This document shows positions 25,080-38,150 of a stretch of 64,000 bases of DNA, in pieces. Location: NCBI RefSeq assembly GCF_006345805.1, contig NC_043000.1, positions 76,942,001-77,006,000 on the forward strand, in the 5' to 3' direction. The stretch comes from Octopus sinensis (Eukaryota). Each line of letters opens with the position of its first letter. Position 1 is the first letter of the stretch. Below the pieces are notes generated by a model. That model was not told where the DNA came from and searched no databases. It worked only from the letters and a program-made list of their open reading frames with translations. The translations under genes were made by a program, and so were the position numbers.

Positions 25080-25950
25080 TTCTTTATTCACCATAAGGTT
25101 GAGAAGAGCCCCCACCCCCATATAAGGACAGACAAAACAAACATTGGGGTCAGGGTATGGAATGAGGCGAAACGTATGAATAAACAAACAATTAAAATAC
25201 ATACCATTAAATGAGAATGAGTGATTTACAGAAAATGAAGCGGAGGACACGGTTGACCCCACAAACCACATACTCACACTGAAGACTTTGCTTTCTTCTT
25301 TTTTATATTCTTGATTAAACAGGTTCTTTCACTCGCAACATACTTGCTTTATACTTCCATCCTTTACGAAACACACCTTGCGACAGGCATTTCTTCTTCA
25401 GCCTTATTTTCCGTTTCATGTGGAAAACGAAAAAGTCGATTAGCTCGAGACTGGAGATGAACATGCCTGTTGCAATTCCTTTCACTCTCGTCTTCCATAC
25501 TACCTCTTTCGCCACAGCAACTACCAAGAGAAAACAGGCTCGTTTCTCCCTATTCAGGGAGGTTGTCGGAAAGATCTTTATTACAGATTCACTCGACAGT
25601 TGTACTCTTCTTGAATGTGACAGCAGGTGTTCAACATAAGCCCAGAGTTCAGTCACCTTGGGGCATTGCACAATCGATTGAAGGACAGTTTCCCTGTCCC
25701 GCTCGCATCTTGCACAAACCGGCGAAGGTGCACACCCATGTCTAAAGAGCTTATCTCGAACTGGTAAAGTTCCTCTGTAACATTGCCAGGCCAGGGACTT
25801 TTGGTAATTATCCATAGGCCCTGGACCGAATGTTCTTTGGAACAGGCTGGCCAGTTGATCTTCGTCAAAGCCTAGGGTTTCTCCCAGGACGTCAAACTCT
25901 ACTAACCCTCTATAGAAGAACGTAGGCTGGTCGAAGACAGAACACAAGGA
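25080..25950 (-). mobile_element. L1/Tx1 LINE, 5'-truncated: ORF2 C-terminus (zf-RVT) plus 3' UTR
   Basis: AWQCYRGTLPVRDKL...CARCERDRETVLQSIVQCP is a zf-RVT-type motif; 3' end CCTTATGGTGAATAAAGAAA. Confidence 0.9.
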
Positions 25951-26475
25951 GATAGAATTTTGGAATTTAGGGCAACATAACTGGATGAATGGGTTTAACA
26001 TTGCCATGTGCTGGGGTGAAAAAGTAGTAATTCTGATAATGAGATAGAATAGTGGACCGCAAAACGGTAAAAACTCAGGCTGCTGGTGTGAGAGAATATT
26101 GATGATAATAATGAGATAGAATTGGGCATTTGTATTCTTAACTAGAGCTATTACCAAGAGTTTTCAGTCAGCCAAACTGTGACAAAATTAGAAAAACGAA
26201 TGAATTACTATAATAAATGAGTGTGAAAGAGGGAGAGTTGGATCAAGCAAAGGGATCTTAAGTTTTTTTCTATAAACATACAATGTGGAAGACAAAACTG
26301 TGTTTACATAGATAGGTAATGAAATGAAATAATAAGGTAATTATGATCTGTACTGAAAAAAAGAGTATGTATCTATATATATTTGTTTCCTTTCTATTAC
26401 TTTCAATAAGTATTTATATACATATTTGTATATGTATATATATGTGTGTGTTTGTGTATATATGTATGTATAACT

Positions 26476-26686
26476 TATAAACAAGGGCAAAAGAAAAAAA
26501 TTTCTAATGCCAAATAAGCCGAAACTAGACACATCATTCATAACCATATAATTCATCACTATAAGTACGTGTATCGGCTTTCTTCGATATACGTGCTTAT
26601 AGTGATGAATTATATGGTTATGGTCGATGTGTCTAGTTTCGGCATATTTGGCATTAGAAATTTTTTTCTTTTGCCCTTGTTTATAA
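26476..26686. repeat. Foldback palindrome, arms about 100 bp
   Basis: TTATAAACAAGGGCAAAAG...CACTATAAGTACGTGTATCG is mirrored by CGATATACGTGCTTATAGTG...CTTTTGCCCTTGTTTATAA with few mismatches. Confidence 0.95.
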
Positions 26687-26769
26687 ATTTAACCTTTAAA
26701 GGTATTTTTTAATATGCTGGCCATTGATAAAATTTTTATCCTATATTAGATGTAAATATGTATGTATGT

Positions 26770-26814
<45 letters not shown>

Positions 26815-26829
26815 GAATTTGCAAAAAAA

Positions 26830-27067
26830 TTTTTGCCCTTTTAAAGCCTAGCCAGGTTCATGGGCCCGGTTTCCTAGTTTCAATGGCATATGTGTACCTC
26901 AGCTGGATAGGACACCAGTCCATTGCAGCATTACTCATTTTTGACAGCTGTGTGGACTGGAGCAACATGAAATGAAGTGTTTTGCTCAAGAACACAACGT
27001 GTTGCCCGGTCCAGGAATCGAAACTACAATCTTGCGATCATGATGCTGACACCCAAACCATTAAGCA
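26830..27067 (-). mobile_element. SINE family F (tRNA head, V-domain-like core); + copy at 48330-48520
   Basis: GGAATCGAA B box on the minus strand; TGCGATGGACTGGCGTCCAGTCCAG core in the + copy. Confidence 0.8.
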
Positions 27068-30000
27068 CAATGGTTCCCAAACTTTTTTTGCTCATAGTGC
27101 ATCTTACAAAGCAAGAAGTCAAAATATTTCGGCACACTTTGTACAATTCTGTAATTGATTCAAAAGGGGTTTTATCCATATTAGCGTAGCATAAACTATA
27201 AAAACTATTAAAAATCAGAAAAATTATTAAACTATTAAAAATACAGAAAAATTGCACTACTTACTCTTTATTCAATATAAGAAGCAAAATTATCAATGAG
27301 AAACATGCGCTTGATGTTTTTTGGAAATGTTTTCAATATTGGGGCATATTTGAGAAAGACAAACCCTCATTTCTTCTTTGATGCAATGGAGCCTCACTCT
27401 TTGTTTGGATTTGATGCTATTGAGGGTTGAAATTCCCAACTCACATAAATATGAGGAAAACTGCATCAAAATGGATAAAGCTTTTTTGCTACTGAGGGGT
27501 ATTCTCCTATAATAGCAATCCAAAATGCATCAATAGGTAACTCAGCACAGCATACATGATTTTAAGTCTGCGATCATTGGATATAGATGTCAATTCCTCT
27601 TCTTTACAAATTTTCAGACCAATATTAGATGGAATTTTATGAAAAGACTAGCAGCATAGCCTGGCGTTGCCCGGGTATGTAAGAGCCCCTAGTAGGCAAC
27701 GACTAATCCCAATCTAGTCCTTTCCCTCTAGGGAACGAAGGTGCATGTGTAGGTTGCAATGTCTTCTGTGTATACGATGTTCCTAGCTGTCCCTTTGGGC
27801 GAAAACGCGATTTCCCAAAATGGCATGATTTTATCGATTTTTTCTGATGGTAAGGTATTGCATGGAAAACTAACGTCAGAATTAAGTTTCTTAGGGTAAC
27901 ATTAAGCTTCACCATGAGTTTGGTGAAAATCGATAGCAAGTTGCGAAAACTACAACAGAAAATGTTGCATATAAAAAGCTGAGATTCTCGACCCCATATC
28001 GAATTTATCGATTCTTTTCAAAACTGAGGGAACTTTTCAAAATTTTCACTGCGTTAGTTTTGAATTATGACATTGGGCTATGTGTGTGTCAAGTTTCATC
28101 AGAATCGGTTGAAAGCCGTGGTCAGGGTGAGGGTACAACCTGACAGACACACAGACAGACAAACTGCCGTTTATATATAGAGAGATTTCAAAACCAATCA
28201 TATTCTTCTCTGTTCAATGATGGAAAATAAAAGTTTATTTTTCCTTCCAGATTTGTAAAATGTTCAAATACAATAGGAGTCATTTCTTTTATGCAGCCTT
28301 TACATTTTAAGGGAAACATTTTGAAGTTACCACCTTCAGCTCTACTTTTCCAAATTACAACTTGCTTTTTAAATGAAACCAGCTTATCTGTAGAAGGGAG
28401 AATGTTTTCAAGTCTACCTTGCACACTTGTGTTGATATTGTTAAGCTGTGCAAATATCTGTTAGATATTTCAGCATGGAAACCCAAAATTCATGTTGTAG
28501 ATATTCCAAGAGATGTTCATGTTTTTCTTCTTTAAAAATGCATGCAATTCTGAAGTTCATGTATGCAATGTAGCACCTTACCTTTTGAGAGCTACCTGAC
28601 TTTTGTGTGTAAAAGTAAGTGCTTGTGTTGGGAATCCTTATCAACACAAATTTGTTCAAATAAGCGACACTTCAATGACCTACTTTTAAATTAATTAACC
28701 ATTTCAACAACTTGGTTTACTACTTGCTGTAAATCAACTGGTATTGTCTTTGAAACTAGTGCCACCCTATGTAAGAATCAACGAGTACATATAACATTAG
28801 GATTTTGCTGTTGTATGAGCAAATAAAGCCTACCATAGATGGTGCTCCATCAGTACATATTCCAACACATGAATTCCATGATAAATTCCATTTTCCAAGA
28901 TAGGCAGATAAAATATCAAAAATATTTTGACCTCTTGTAGTGAGTGGCATTTCTTCACAACAAAAGAACAAAAGAATTTATGATTTGGTTACCATCAATA
29001 AAGTGAATAAATTTAAATAATTGTGCTTTGTTGCTAATATCAGTTGATTCGTCAACCTGTAGAGCAAATTCTGAGTTCTGAAGTTTGTTCTGTACATTTT
29101 CCTCTGTATTAGCTGATAAATCCATAATTCTTCTATGGATTGTATTATTTGAGAGCAGAATCTTGCTTATTTCTTGCTAGGTGTCAGCACCTATCGTGGT
29201 TTTAACCGTCTTTCTATAAGCAGGTAAGATAATTGACTCAGCTAAAGTATGTGATTTCATTTGTAGTGCAATCATTTTGGCAATCTCAATAGGCACGACT
29301 TTAGCCTTTATAAAAGCATTCATACATTTTTTCAAAATAGTTTCTTTGTTTAGATTGCTATTCTAACAGTCTTTGGAAATAATTCATATCTTTACGTTGA
29401 AGATGTGAGTGTTTAATATTAAACTGTCTTTTCAACTTGCTGGACAACATGCCATCATTAGGCATCTTTTCACCACAAACAACACACAGCAGAAGTTGAT
29501 GCTCATTTCCAGTCCAATGAAACCCAAATTTTAAATAGCTATTGCAATATTTATGATTGGATTGAGCTTTTGCACTATTATCACTAAACTTATTTGCTTT
29601 TGACAAACATTCACTTTCAGATTCATAATCGTCATGTTTCCTCTTAATAAACTTTCCCATTTTATGGGTAATTTAGTCTGTTAATATGAATTGTCTTGCA
29701 GAAAGAGCACAGATTTCTAATAGAATCAAACTGAGACTGAGACAAGTGGCCAGTGAGATATGAAAAGTGGCAGTGTATCACATAATATCAGACTCTTTTG
29801 AGAAGTCTTTCAAAATTAATTGGAAAGATGAAAATTCTTGCCACTATATGAATGAAAAAAAGTGGAATACAGCTGCAATACATGAGGATGTATTAAAAGA
29901 TTTAGATCAACATGGTATATTTTAGTTCAAAAGTTTATTTTTCACATTTATTATTGAAATGAAAACTGCTGAGGCTACGACTGAAATAAACTAAAACATA

Positions 30001-30292
30001 GTCGTGCACTGTATATGTTCATAAGATGATAATTTCGAGAATAGATTCATGCTGAGTTAGTTCTTATCCTTATGAAATTTCAGATTCAAAATTGAATAAC
30101 ATTGTCATACCATAATTAGCCTACATGAACTGAATGACACAACCACCTCTTAGAATTTAGTTTTTTGCCACTTTGACATTTATATATGAATTCTAGTGAA
30201 TTTCGGTTTGTATAATCTTATTTTTTCAAGGTGCACCTAATTACATCTTGCAGCGCACCAGTTTGCCGTGGTGCAAGGTTTGGGAACTACTG
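27068..30292 (-). mobile_element. Buster/Charlie-type hAT DNA transposon (ZBED5/SCAND3-like transposase pseudogene, 29660 to 27293)
   Basis: TIRs CAATGGTTCCCAAAC / GTTTGGGAACTACTG; YLKFGF..CVVCGE BED finger, LQVDESTD, CTDGAPSMVG, YLCELGIS, HQAHVSH* C-terminus. Confidence 0.95.
27648..28185 (-). mobile_element. Non-autonomous Helitron nested in the hAT transposase
   Basis: A|TC...CCCGGGCAACGCCAGG hairpin...CTAG|T, no TSD; the hAT frame rejoins as DWF*NLF. Confidence 0.9.
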
Positions 30293-30759
30293 GGCTAGCA
30301 TATAAACTGTGTGTGAGTGTGCATATGTTTGCATATGCATACAATTTCCATATAAGAATCCACTCACAATGCATTGGTGAGCCAGAGTCTATTGTTGAGG
30401 ATGTACCAGCCAAAGAATCCACACAGTGGAATTAAACCTGAAACTACATGATTGGGAGGAAAACTTTGTAAACGCACAGCCATATTTGTGTGTGTGTGTG
30501 TGGTGTGTGTACCTAATACAAACATATTCCTATTTTATTTACTTAATAAAGTAGCAAGAATGTGCAGTGCATTATGGGAAGTTGTTTTTGGTGATGAGAA
30601 AAAGAGAGAATTAAAGAAGTGGAGGTTGTGAAAATGACAACAGCTGCATTTGATGGCAACAACAACTGCATCTGGCAATGATGGTGCATGCAGTGGTAGT
30701 GTGGTAGTGAGGGGGTAGAATCGGGAGATTTTCAGCTTAATATTGGCTTCTTGAGGGAC

Positions 30760-31297
30760 TTTAGCATTCAGATAACTCTGTCACATGTAATACTTATTTG
30801 TTCACATTGATTCAAATTAATCAGTCATTATCTTATAACTTTAAGATTCCGATGATGCAATTGTTTATTTTTAGGGCGACATTATAGAGTAGGTGTGAGA
30901 GACTGAATCTGGCTAGTTTGAACACAAAACGTGGAATATTTGTGCCAGATATGGTCAGTTTAAATTATAAAGATTTAAGAGGTATTTACAAACCCCCAAA
31001 TAATTTCAGGATGAGATATTACTCTCCAAAACTTTAACCACTCATGAGTTTCAATCCAGAAAACAGACTTTATCCCCACCATTGAGCAACCATTGTATTC
31101 CAGTATGCCTTAACCCTTTCACATATAAACTGGCCATATCCGGTCCAAATATTCTGCCAAACCCAGCCTCTCACACCAACCCTACAATGTCATAAACAAT
31201 CATATCACCAAAATCTCGAAGCTGAGATGATACATGATTAATCCAAAACAATGTGAATAAATATTATATTTGCTAGAGCAGTTTGAATGCAAAAGGG
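30760..31297. mobile_element. Two piggyBac-like MITE copies in inverted orientation (30760-30978 -, 31114-31297 + with TTAA TSD)
   Basis: TTAA|CCCTTT...AAAGGG|TTAA; internal similarity to 13810-14030. Confidence 0.8.
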
Positions 31298-31524
31298 TTA
31301 ATACTATCGCTACTACTTAACCACATTTATGGTTAGAGCTTCCAGTCTCTATCACCACCATCTAATTGCCCTTGTACTCTGTAAATTCTATCTCTATTCG
31401 GGAGATAGTAACATTGGATCATGGACGAAATCTACATAAAACAGGGAGGACAACTCTAAATTTTAAAATGAATTTGACATTGTTACCTCAATAAAGCAAG
31501 AGATGGGGGTCTCGGTATGTGATA

Positions 31525-31737
31525 TTTTCTACTTTAGGCATGAGGCCCGAAATTATTGGGGAGGGGGGCCAGTCGATTAGATCGACCCTAGTACGCAATT
31601 GGTACTTAATTTATCGGCCCCGAAAGGATAAAAGGCAAAGTCGACCTCGGCGGAATTTGAACTCAGAACGTAAAAGGCAGACGAAATACAGCTACGCAGT
31701 TCACCTGGCGTGCTAACGTTTCTGCTAGCTCGCCTCC
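31525..31737 (-). mobile_element. SINE family B, well-preserved copy; tandem copies also at 49410-49775 and 56270-56835
   Basis: GGTACTTAATTTATCGGCCCCGAAAGGATAAAAGGCAAAGTCGACCTCGGCGGAATTTGAACTC. Confidence 0.88.
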
Positions 31738-31902
31738 TTGTGGTATGTGATATTAGGCAGGCTGTAACTTAACTCTGGACATGCTTTATAGTCTCATTTG
31801 ATTTCTTCAGTGAATGCATAGATATTTTTTTCTTATGTTTGGTGTTGTATAGTAAACAAAACTACACACACACTCAAATTCTTTTTTTGTGAAAAGCTAT
31901 TG

Positions 31903-32630
31903 GGATCTTTTCCTTTTGAATGGCAGTTTTCAACACAATTTCTAGTTAACTAAACACTTTTAAACTTCGTACTCTGGTAGAATGTGTCAAAATAAAACAT
32001 TTTTTTCTCTTGGCTTTCTTGAGAAAATTGTAATTTGTAAGTTTAACGTAGTTTAATTTTTCAAATTTTAACCAATCAATCGCCTCTATTTAGCTAAAAT
32101 CATTTGCTGCGTCTAAAACTGAGACAACATCCTGTCACTGTTATGTTTACGTACGGAAAGCCTGTGTATAAAATTATAGAATTATTTTGTTTGTTAATTG
32201 TTTAAATTATTTTCCATTGCTTTCGTTTTAGCCTTTTGTTTTTTTTTTTCTTAAGCAATGGAAAATAGTTTAAACAATACACGTGTATCTCAAAACAAAA
32301 ACAAAACGAATAATTTTAGACACATGCATAACAATTAAATTAATTTAACAATTAAGAAAAAAAAACGAAAGGCTAAAATTTAGGGTTAGGGTTAGTGACA
32401 GGATGTTGTCTCAGTTTTATACGCAGCAAATGATTTTAGCTAAATAGAGGCGACTGATTGGTTAAAATTTGAAAAATTAAACTACGTTAAACTTACAAAT
32501 TACAATTTTCTCAAGAAAGCCAAGAGAAAAAAATGTTTTATTTTGACACATTCTACCAGTATATGAAGTTTAAAAGTGTTTAGTTAACGAGAAATTGTGT
32601 TGAAAACTGCCGTTCAAAAGGAAAAGATCC
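31903..32630. mobile_element. Long-TIR non-autonomous DNA transposon (foldback/Mutator-like MITE)
   Basis: TIRs of about 237 bp, GGATCTTTTCCTTTTGAA...TTCAAAAGGAAAAGATCC; 8-bp TSD AGCTATTG/AGCGATTG. Confidence 0.92.
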
Positions 32631-33799
32631 AGCGATTGTGCCCGTGAATGATATTAATACATACATATAATTCACACACACACACACCCAAGTACGGCTC
32701 ATATGAAGAGACTCTTGAAAAGTTGCATGATATTTTCAAGTGTCTCCTCTTAGTAGCATTGAACACACGTATGTATGCGTGCGCATTTATATAGAAAATG
32801 GCAGACTCTGTGTCGGAATCTAATGATACAGGGGAGTTGGCGGATTTGAGCAGAAAAACTGAATGAACAGTGAAGCGAGTGTGTATGTGCACATGTGCGG
32901 AACATTTTGAGCTTTGAAAGAAATGGAGAGATAAGACTTAGAATGGAAAGGGAAAAGATGGGGGGAGGATGTCAAGGAGAGAAAAAAAAGATTGGGATTC
33001 AAAGTGTGTTGTGTAAGAAAGAGATAGTTAGTAAGGAAGGAAGAAAAACGTAAATGGAACAGTATATTTTAGAGAAAGGGAATAGGGAGGGAGAGAGAAA
33101 ATTTTATAATGACACTTATTGATAAAATAACAGAGACGGAAAGGAAAGGGAATGATAATAGTAAGAGAAAATACCAGGCAAGGCAATGAGAGGAAGAGAG
33201 GGAGAAATATAGGGAAGAAAGAAAGAGAAAATAAGAAAAATCGAAGAAAAACGAAGCAATGACAAAAAAGAGAGAAAAAGGAGGGGGTACATGAGAAACT
33301 ACCCCTACCATCCCTCTAACAGTGTTTATCAGAAATTTAGCATATAAGGGGAGTAACAAAACCCTCATTGTTAGACACAATCAATGATGAAAGGTGGAAG
33401 ACCTTCCTTAAGTAGGGCAGACAAAAAAAAAAAAAAACTGAAAGTAAAGTCAATAAATAGCCAAGTAACCAATCAACTTTTCACTTTTGAACAGAGGTAG
33501 TAAGTCTCACAACAGAGGTTGATTGGAGTTTGGGATATTTTTTCTTTTTCTTTTGTAAATTTGCTTTCAATGGAATTATAGCAAATAGAAGTACCTACTC
33601 TTAATACACCTCTCCTTTGCATATATGCATCATACACAGATTTATACACATACATACATTGCCATCACTTATATTATAAGCATAGTGAATAGTGGGTGGG
33701 ACAAAATGAGTAATTTCTGATTTCTTGTTTTCTCCTAACCTGTTGAAAACCATTACAAAGCAAGAATTGCATCACCATTTTGTAGTATTACATCATATT

Positions 33800-36700
33800 T
33801 GAGAGTGAAAATTGGTCAGCACAGTGGTTGTTGAAGATGAGAGAGTTTGAAACACTCAGGTGACAGGTACTTTTTTTTTCAAGAATTTTTCAAGAATTTT
33901 TTTCAAGAATTTTTTTCAATTTTGACTATCAGGATAGTTTTTGGTGTTTACAATCAATATTCTTTTCTCTGCTGGATTCCAAGTGAATTTTTTCCCCACA
34001 CTAATGATCATTTTCAAGTTTCAAAACATGCCTTAAATGGGATAAAATGAGTAATGACTAATTTCAATGATCTCTTTTCTTTAACTGCATGATGCATAAT
34101 ATATCATGAAGAGAGCCACTCCTGCAGTTTGTGAAGAGGCTATAGTTAATATTTTATGTTGAGTTTTTAGATTTAGTTGAGTTTCATTAATTTCATATCA
34201 TGATCCTCTTTTAATCTGATCTAGATATTTAAAATTTTTGTTGAATTTCTGATCTTATGTTTAAGAATGGATATTGAAGTGTATGAGTCTTTTCTCAAAT
34301 GTAATTCTCGATAACTGAAGAGGCAAATTTACCTTGCTTTATTCATTTTGTGTCAGCTAAATTAGTCTTTATATATTCAACGAGAACAGTGATAATTTTC
34401 TGAAATAGTGTTCAGATTATGTTATAGCGTTTTTAATGCATTCAGAGAAGGTCATTTGCTTAGCTGATATAGTTTTTGTAAGGTAGTGAACAGACTGTAA
34501 AAAGTACATTTTTTCTCAAAGTTAAAAATGCAGTAAATTTTACAGTGTGTGCCCCATCCCCACTCCTGTTGTATTCTAGGGGGTTAAGTTGAGAGACTGT
34601 CCTCTATAGTGAACGTTTAGCAAACTCTTAGATTTCTGTAGCACCATTCAATTCGGGGTGAATAATGTCTCAATAATTTTTTTTTCATTGCTAAGAACTG
34701 AATTAAGGAATTGTTTTAAGGTGACAAATTCAGTACCCTTATCTAAGACTAGAATATTATTTGAGGCACTAAATTCTGAGAATATTTCATCTAAGTTGCA
34801 CTTTACTGCCTCAACACTCCTGTCTGAACAAAAGAAACACTTAAACCAGAGAAAAATAAGTCAAGAATAATGTTTCCAATATCTTTTGCACATGCCAAAT
34901 CAAAATGAATTCTTTCTCAAGTTTTACTAACAAGCCAGCTGCTACTTGGAGTTTGAGGAAAGTCAAATTTTTGACATGCTGAACAAGATTTTATTGAAAC
35001 AATAAGCCATACCTTCATGTACAGCCTCTTGCCTCCTTCATTGTATTTTCTCAAGGATTCCCTCTTGAATATTTTCTGGTATAAACTGTTTGTTTTTATA
35101 TCAAATCATTTTCATGACAATGTCTTTTCTAAGTTGGTTACGTACTTCAAATGTTTAATGGAATTCATTTTCAAATGTTACTAAATAATTTGACCAAGTT
35201 CGTTGAGTCCTTGCTTTGATGAACATCAAAATTATATCTATTTTGTGAGGGAACAGGAAATAAGTCCTGAATGACATTTGTGTCAAGTTAAGAAAGTTCA
35301 ATAAGTGATATTAATTTACTGTGGGGATGAGATGAGCCACAAGGAAAGGACTGTGACGTCAAGAACAGGAAGGGTGAGAGAGGAAGAGAGGGAAGGAAGA
35401 CCAGGGATCAGTGTCTTTTGCCTTCAGTGCTCATGACAAACGGATATGAGGTGAGCGAGCTGACAGTGCCAAGCACTAGCAACTGCTATCATTAGGTGTG
35501 CAGGCCAGGCATGAGTTTTGGATTGAGTTACAGCTGGACAGCAAAATGACAAGAAGGTAGGCGAATTGTTTCTGATTTCCCTGCATTGCAGTTCCCTCAC
35601 ACAACAAGCTATTTCGACAATCATGTAAAAGTATATTTCTCTATTGTTGTTATCCCCTTCCACATAATAGCAGTGAAGATAAGGATTAGCAGTGATACCA
35701 TTAGACCTTTCTATGGTGAAGGAGATGTTGTGGCCTGGATCCATAAGATCAAAGTAGTGGTCAGGCTATAAGGCATCGGTGATGTAGCATGCCTTATGGC
35801 TCTGTACATGGAAGGAAGCATGCTGGTGCTGTACCTCGAGATAAATGAGGAAGACCAACTGAGCATGGCGAAGATCTAGCAGCGCTTGAGGGAAGCTTAT
35901 ATGGAGAGGATGTATGCCATGTTTGCTAAGCTAGGAATGGTCAAGTGGACAGGAGAACAGGTTGATAAATATGCCATGGAGGTTTGGAGACTGGCCATGC
36001 TGTCCGGCTTTACCAGAGAGAGTCTAGAGGAGGCGACTGATGTCTGCGGTGAGATACTGTGCGAGTGAAGACAGATGACAAGGGCAGCAACAATTGTTGA
36101 CTTGAAGTTGGAATATTTGCAGCTCTATGTGGGCAAGAAACTGTGGCAGTATCAGCTGATGTGATACAAAGGCCAGATATACTGTTTGACTAAGCTGGGT
36201 TTCAAGCTAAGTTCTACACCGAAGATCATGGTGACAGTGCTCGAGTCTATCCTGGGAAAGGTGGACAGGATAGGAAGGGCCACCAATTCCTATGTAGATG
36301 ACATTTTGGTAGACAAGTCCGTAGTGTCTGCCACAGAGGTTGTAAGTCACCTCAAGAAGTTTGGGCTGATTGCAAAGCTACCAGAGCTGATGGTTGGAGG
36401 AGCCGCACTGGGGCTCAAGCTTCAAAGAGATAGAACAAGCTCATTGGTATTACAGGGGAGGGGGGGATGAGATCCTAGAACTGGGTACCAGTTTCAGCAG
36501 AAGGGAACAATTCATGATAAGTGGGAGGCTCATGGCACAGTACCCAATTGCAGGATGGTTGCGGACAGCATGCAGCTACATCAAGAGACAAGCAGAAGGG
36601 GAAAACTGGGAGATGGTGGCGATAATGCAGGAGATCCTAGAGAAGACAAGACCAGAAGACCCAGTAAGAGGGAACTGGTACATGCCCAAATTAGAGAATG

Positions 36701-38150
36701 GGACTGTATGGAAAGATGCTAGCAGCATAGTGATAGGGGTTGTACTGCAAATTGGAGGCATCAAAGTGGAAGATGCGAACTGGCTTTGAAAAGCTGACAA
36801 TTACAACCATATCAACGAGGCTGAGTTGGACTTAGTGCTGAAGGGGGTGAATTTGGCCCTGAAATTGGGGCTTCACTCCATCGAAATCCTAACTGAGTTG
36901 TCCATCATGCTTGGCTGGGTAGGATCAGTGATCACTGACAAAAAAGAGGTTCAAACCAAAGGGGCAGCAGAGGTGTTAGTAAAGCACTACCTAGGGATTC
37001 TAGGAGAACCAGCTACTGAATTTGGTTTGAAAGTGAGCATGGTTTTTGTGCCTTCAGAAAGGAATAAAATAGATGTTCTAACCAGGGTGAAAAGGGCCTG
37101 GTTGGCGGAGCTGGAAGATTTGAAGCAGGGGATAGCTGCAATATCTTGGTTAAGTGGCTGGGAGCAAAGGAGACTACATGCCATGAATCATATGGACATG
37201 GATAGAAGCCTGTATCTTGTCAGGAGGGTCAATGCCAATGTCACTAGGCAGAGCATCCAAAAGGTGGTTGGGAATTGTGATAGGTGTCAATCCATTGACC
37301 CCACTCCAGGCACATGAGCAGGGAAACATCTCGGCAGAGCACAACTGGAGACAATTGATGGTGGCTGTAACACACTACCTGCAGGGGACGTATCTCTGAA
37401 TGTTTCTAACCATACAGTAGTGTCAGATTTGAAAAGACTTAAGAATGTAATACAGCTTGTTATTCTTCCTTCAATGAACTTGATGTAATTTCTGTTGCTG
37501 AAACATTCATTCTTGCACACTAAAACTCAACAGCAAACTGATAATGTAAACAGTTTCTTAGTTTATAGTGGAATTGGTAGCACTCAGTTTATAAAAAATG
37601 GTAGCACTTTCCCTTTGTTTTAATGTTATTTCAAATTCTCAAACAACCAAATATCAAATTTGGTGTATTCTCACACCTGGAATATTTTTGAAAATGTTTT
37701 CCAAACACTGTTGAAATATGCCACTTGGGTTTTTAATGCAAATGGTTTACAAAATATATACTGTTAGATGCATTAAAAACATGTAGTTCTTCAAAGAATG
37801 TAGTTCCTTTCATTCAGAGAATATTCAGTCAATAGTTGGTAAAGAGTGAATACATGTTAATATTTAAGTGAACGTTATCATCTGCACAGATTCAACAATG
37901 AAGAAAAAAACATATATGTTCACCTCCACCTTGACTAATTGATGATGTATTGTTTACTCTTATGTTTGTGTTAGTTCTCAATCCAGTAGATTTTTTTAGT
38001 ATTTCCGTTTTTTTGTTATCATTTTGCTATTAACATTTTAGATTCAATGCTGTATCTATTGAAAAGAAGTAATTTCTGTAACACAGGAGTTACACACCTT
38101 AATAGAAACAGAAATAGTTTATTTACTTTCCAAATCATGTTTAAACATTT
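33800..38150 (-). mobile_element. Old Gypsy LTR retrotransposon pol relic (RT 37400-37900, integrase 34600-35130), split by a younger Gypsy
   Basis: Manual translation: ICADD (37875-37893), PSGIFQQCLENIFKNIPGV (about 37670-37728), FIPENIQEGILEKI, SCSACQ (34971-34988), ERIHFD, DKGTEF, HPELNGATE. Confidence 0.8.
35320..37400 (+). mobile_element. Gypsy-type LTR retrotransposon: 5' LTR 35320-35664, gag, deleted protease, RT, RNase H, start of integrase; 3'-truncated
   Basis: LTR TGTGG...CCACA; gag IRPFYGEGDVVAW; RT YVDDILV; RNase H WKDASS; integrase H..H...CDRC. Confidence 0.88.

Noticed and set aside
25315-26157. 280-aa ORF as a host gene
   Set aside because: Chimera of a non-coding direct repeat and a truncated Tx1 ORF2 end
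27060-30300. 8-bp TSD for the hAT element
   Set aside because: Flanks ATTAAGCA and GGCTAGCA match at only 4 of 8 positions, so no TSD is claimed
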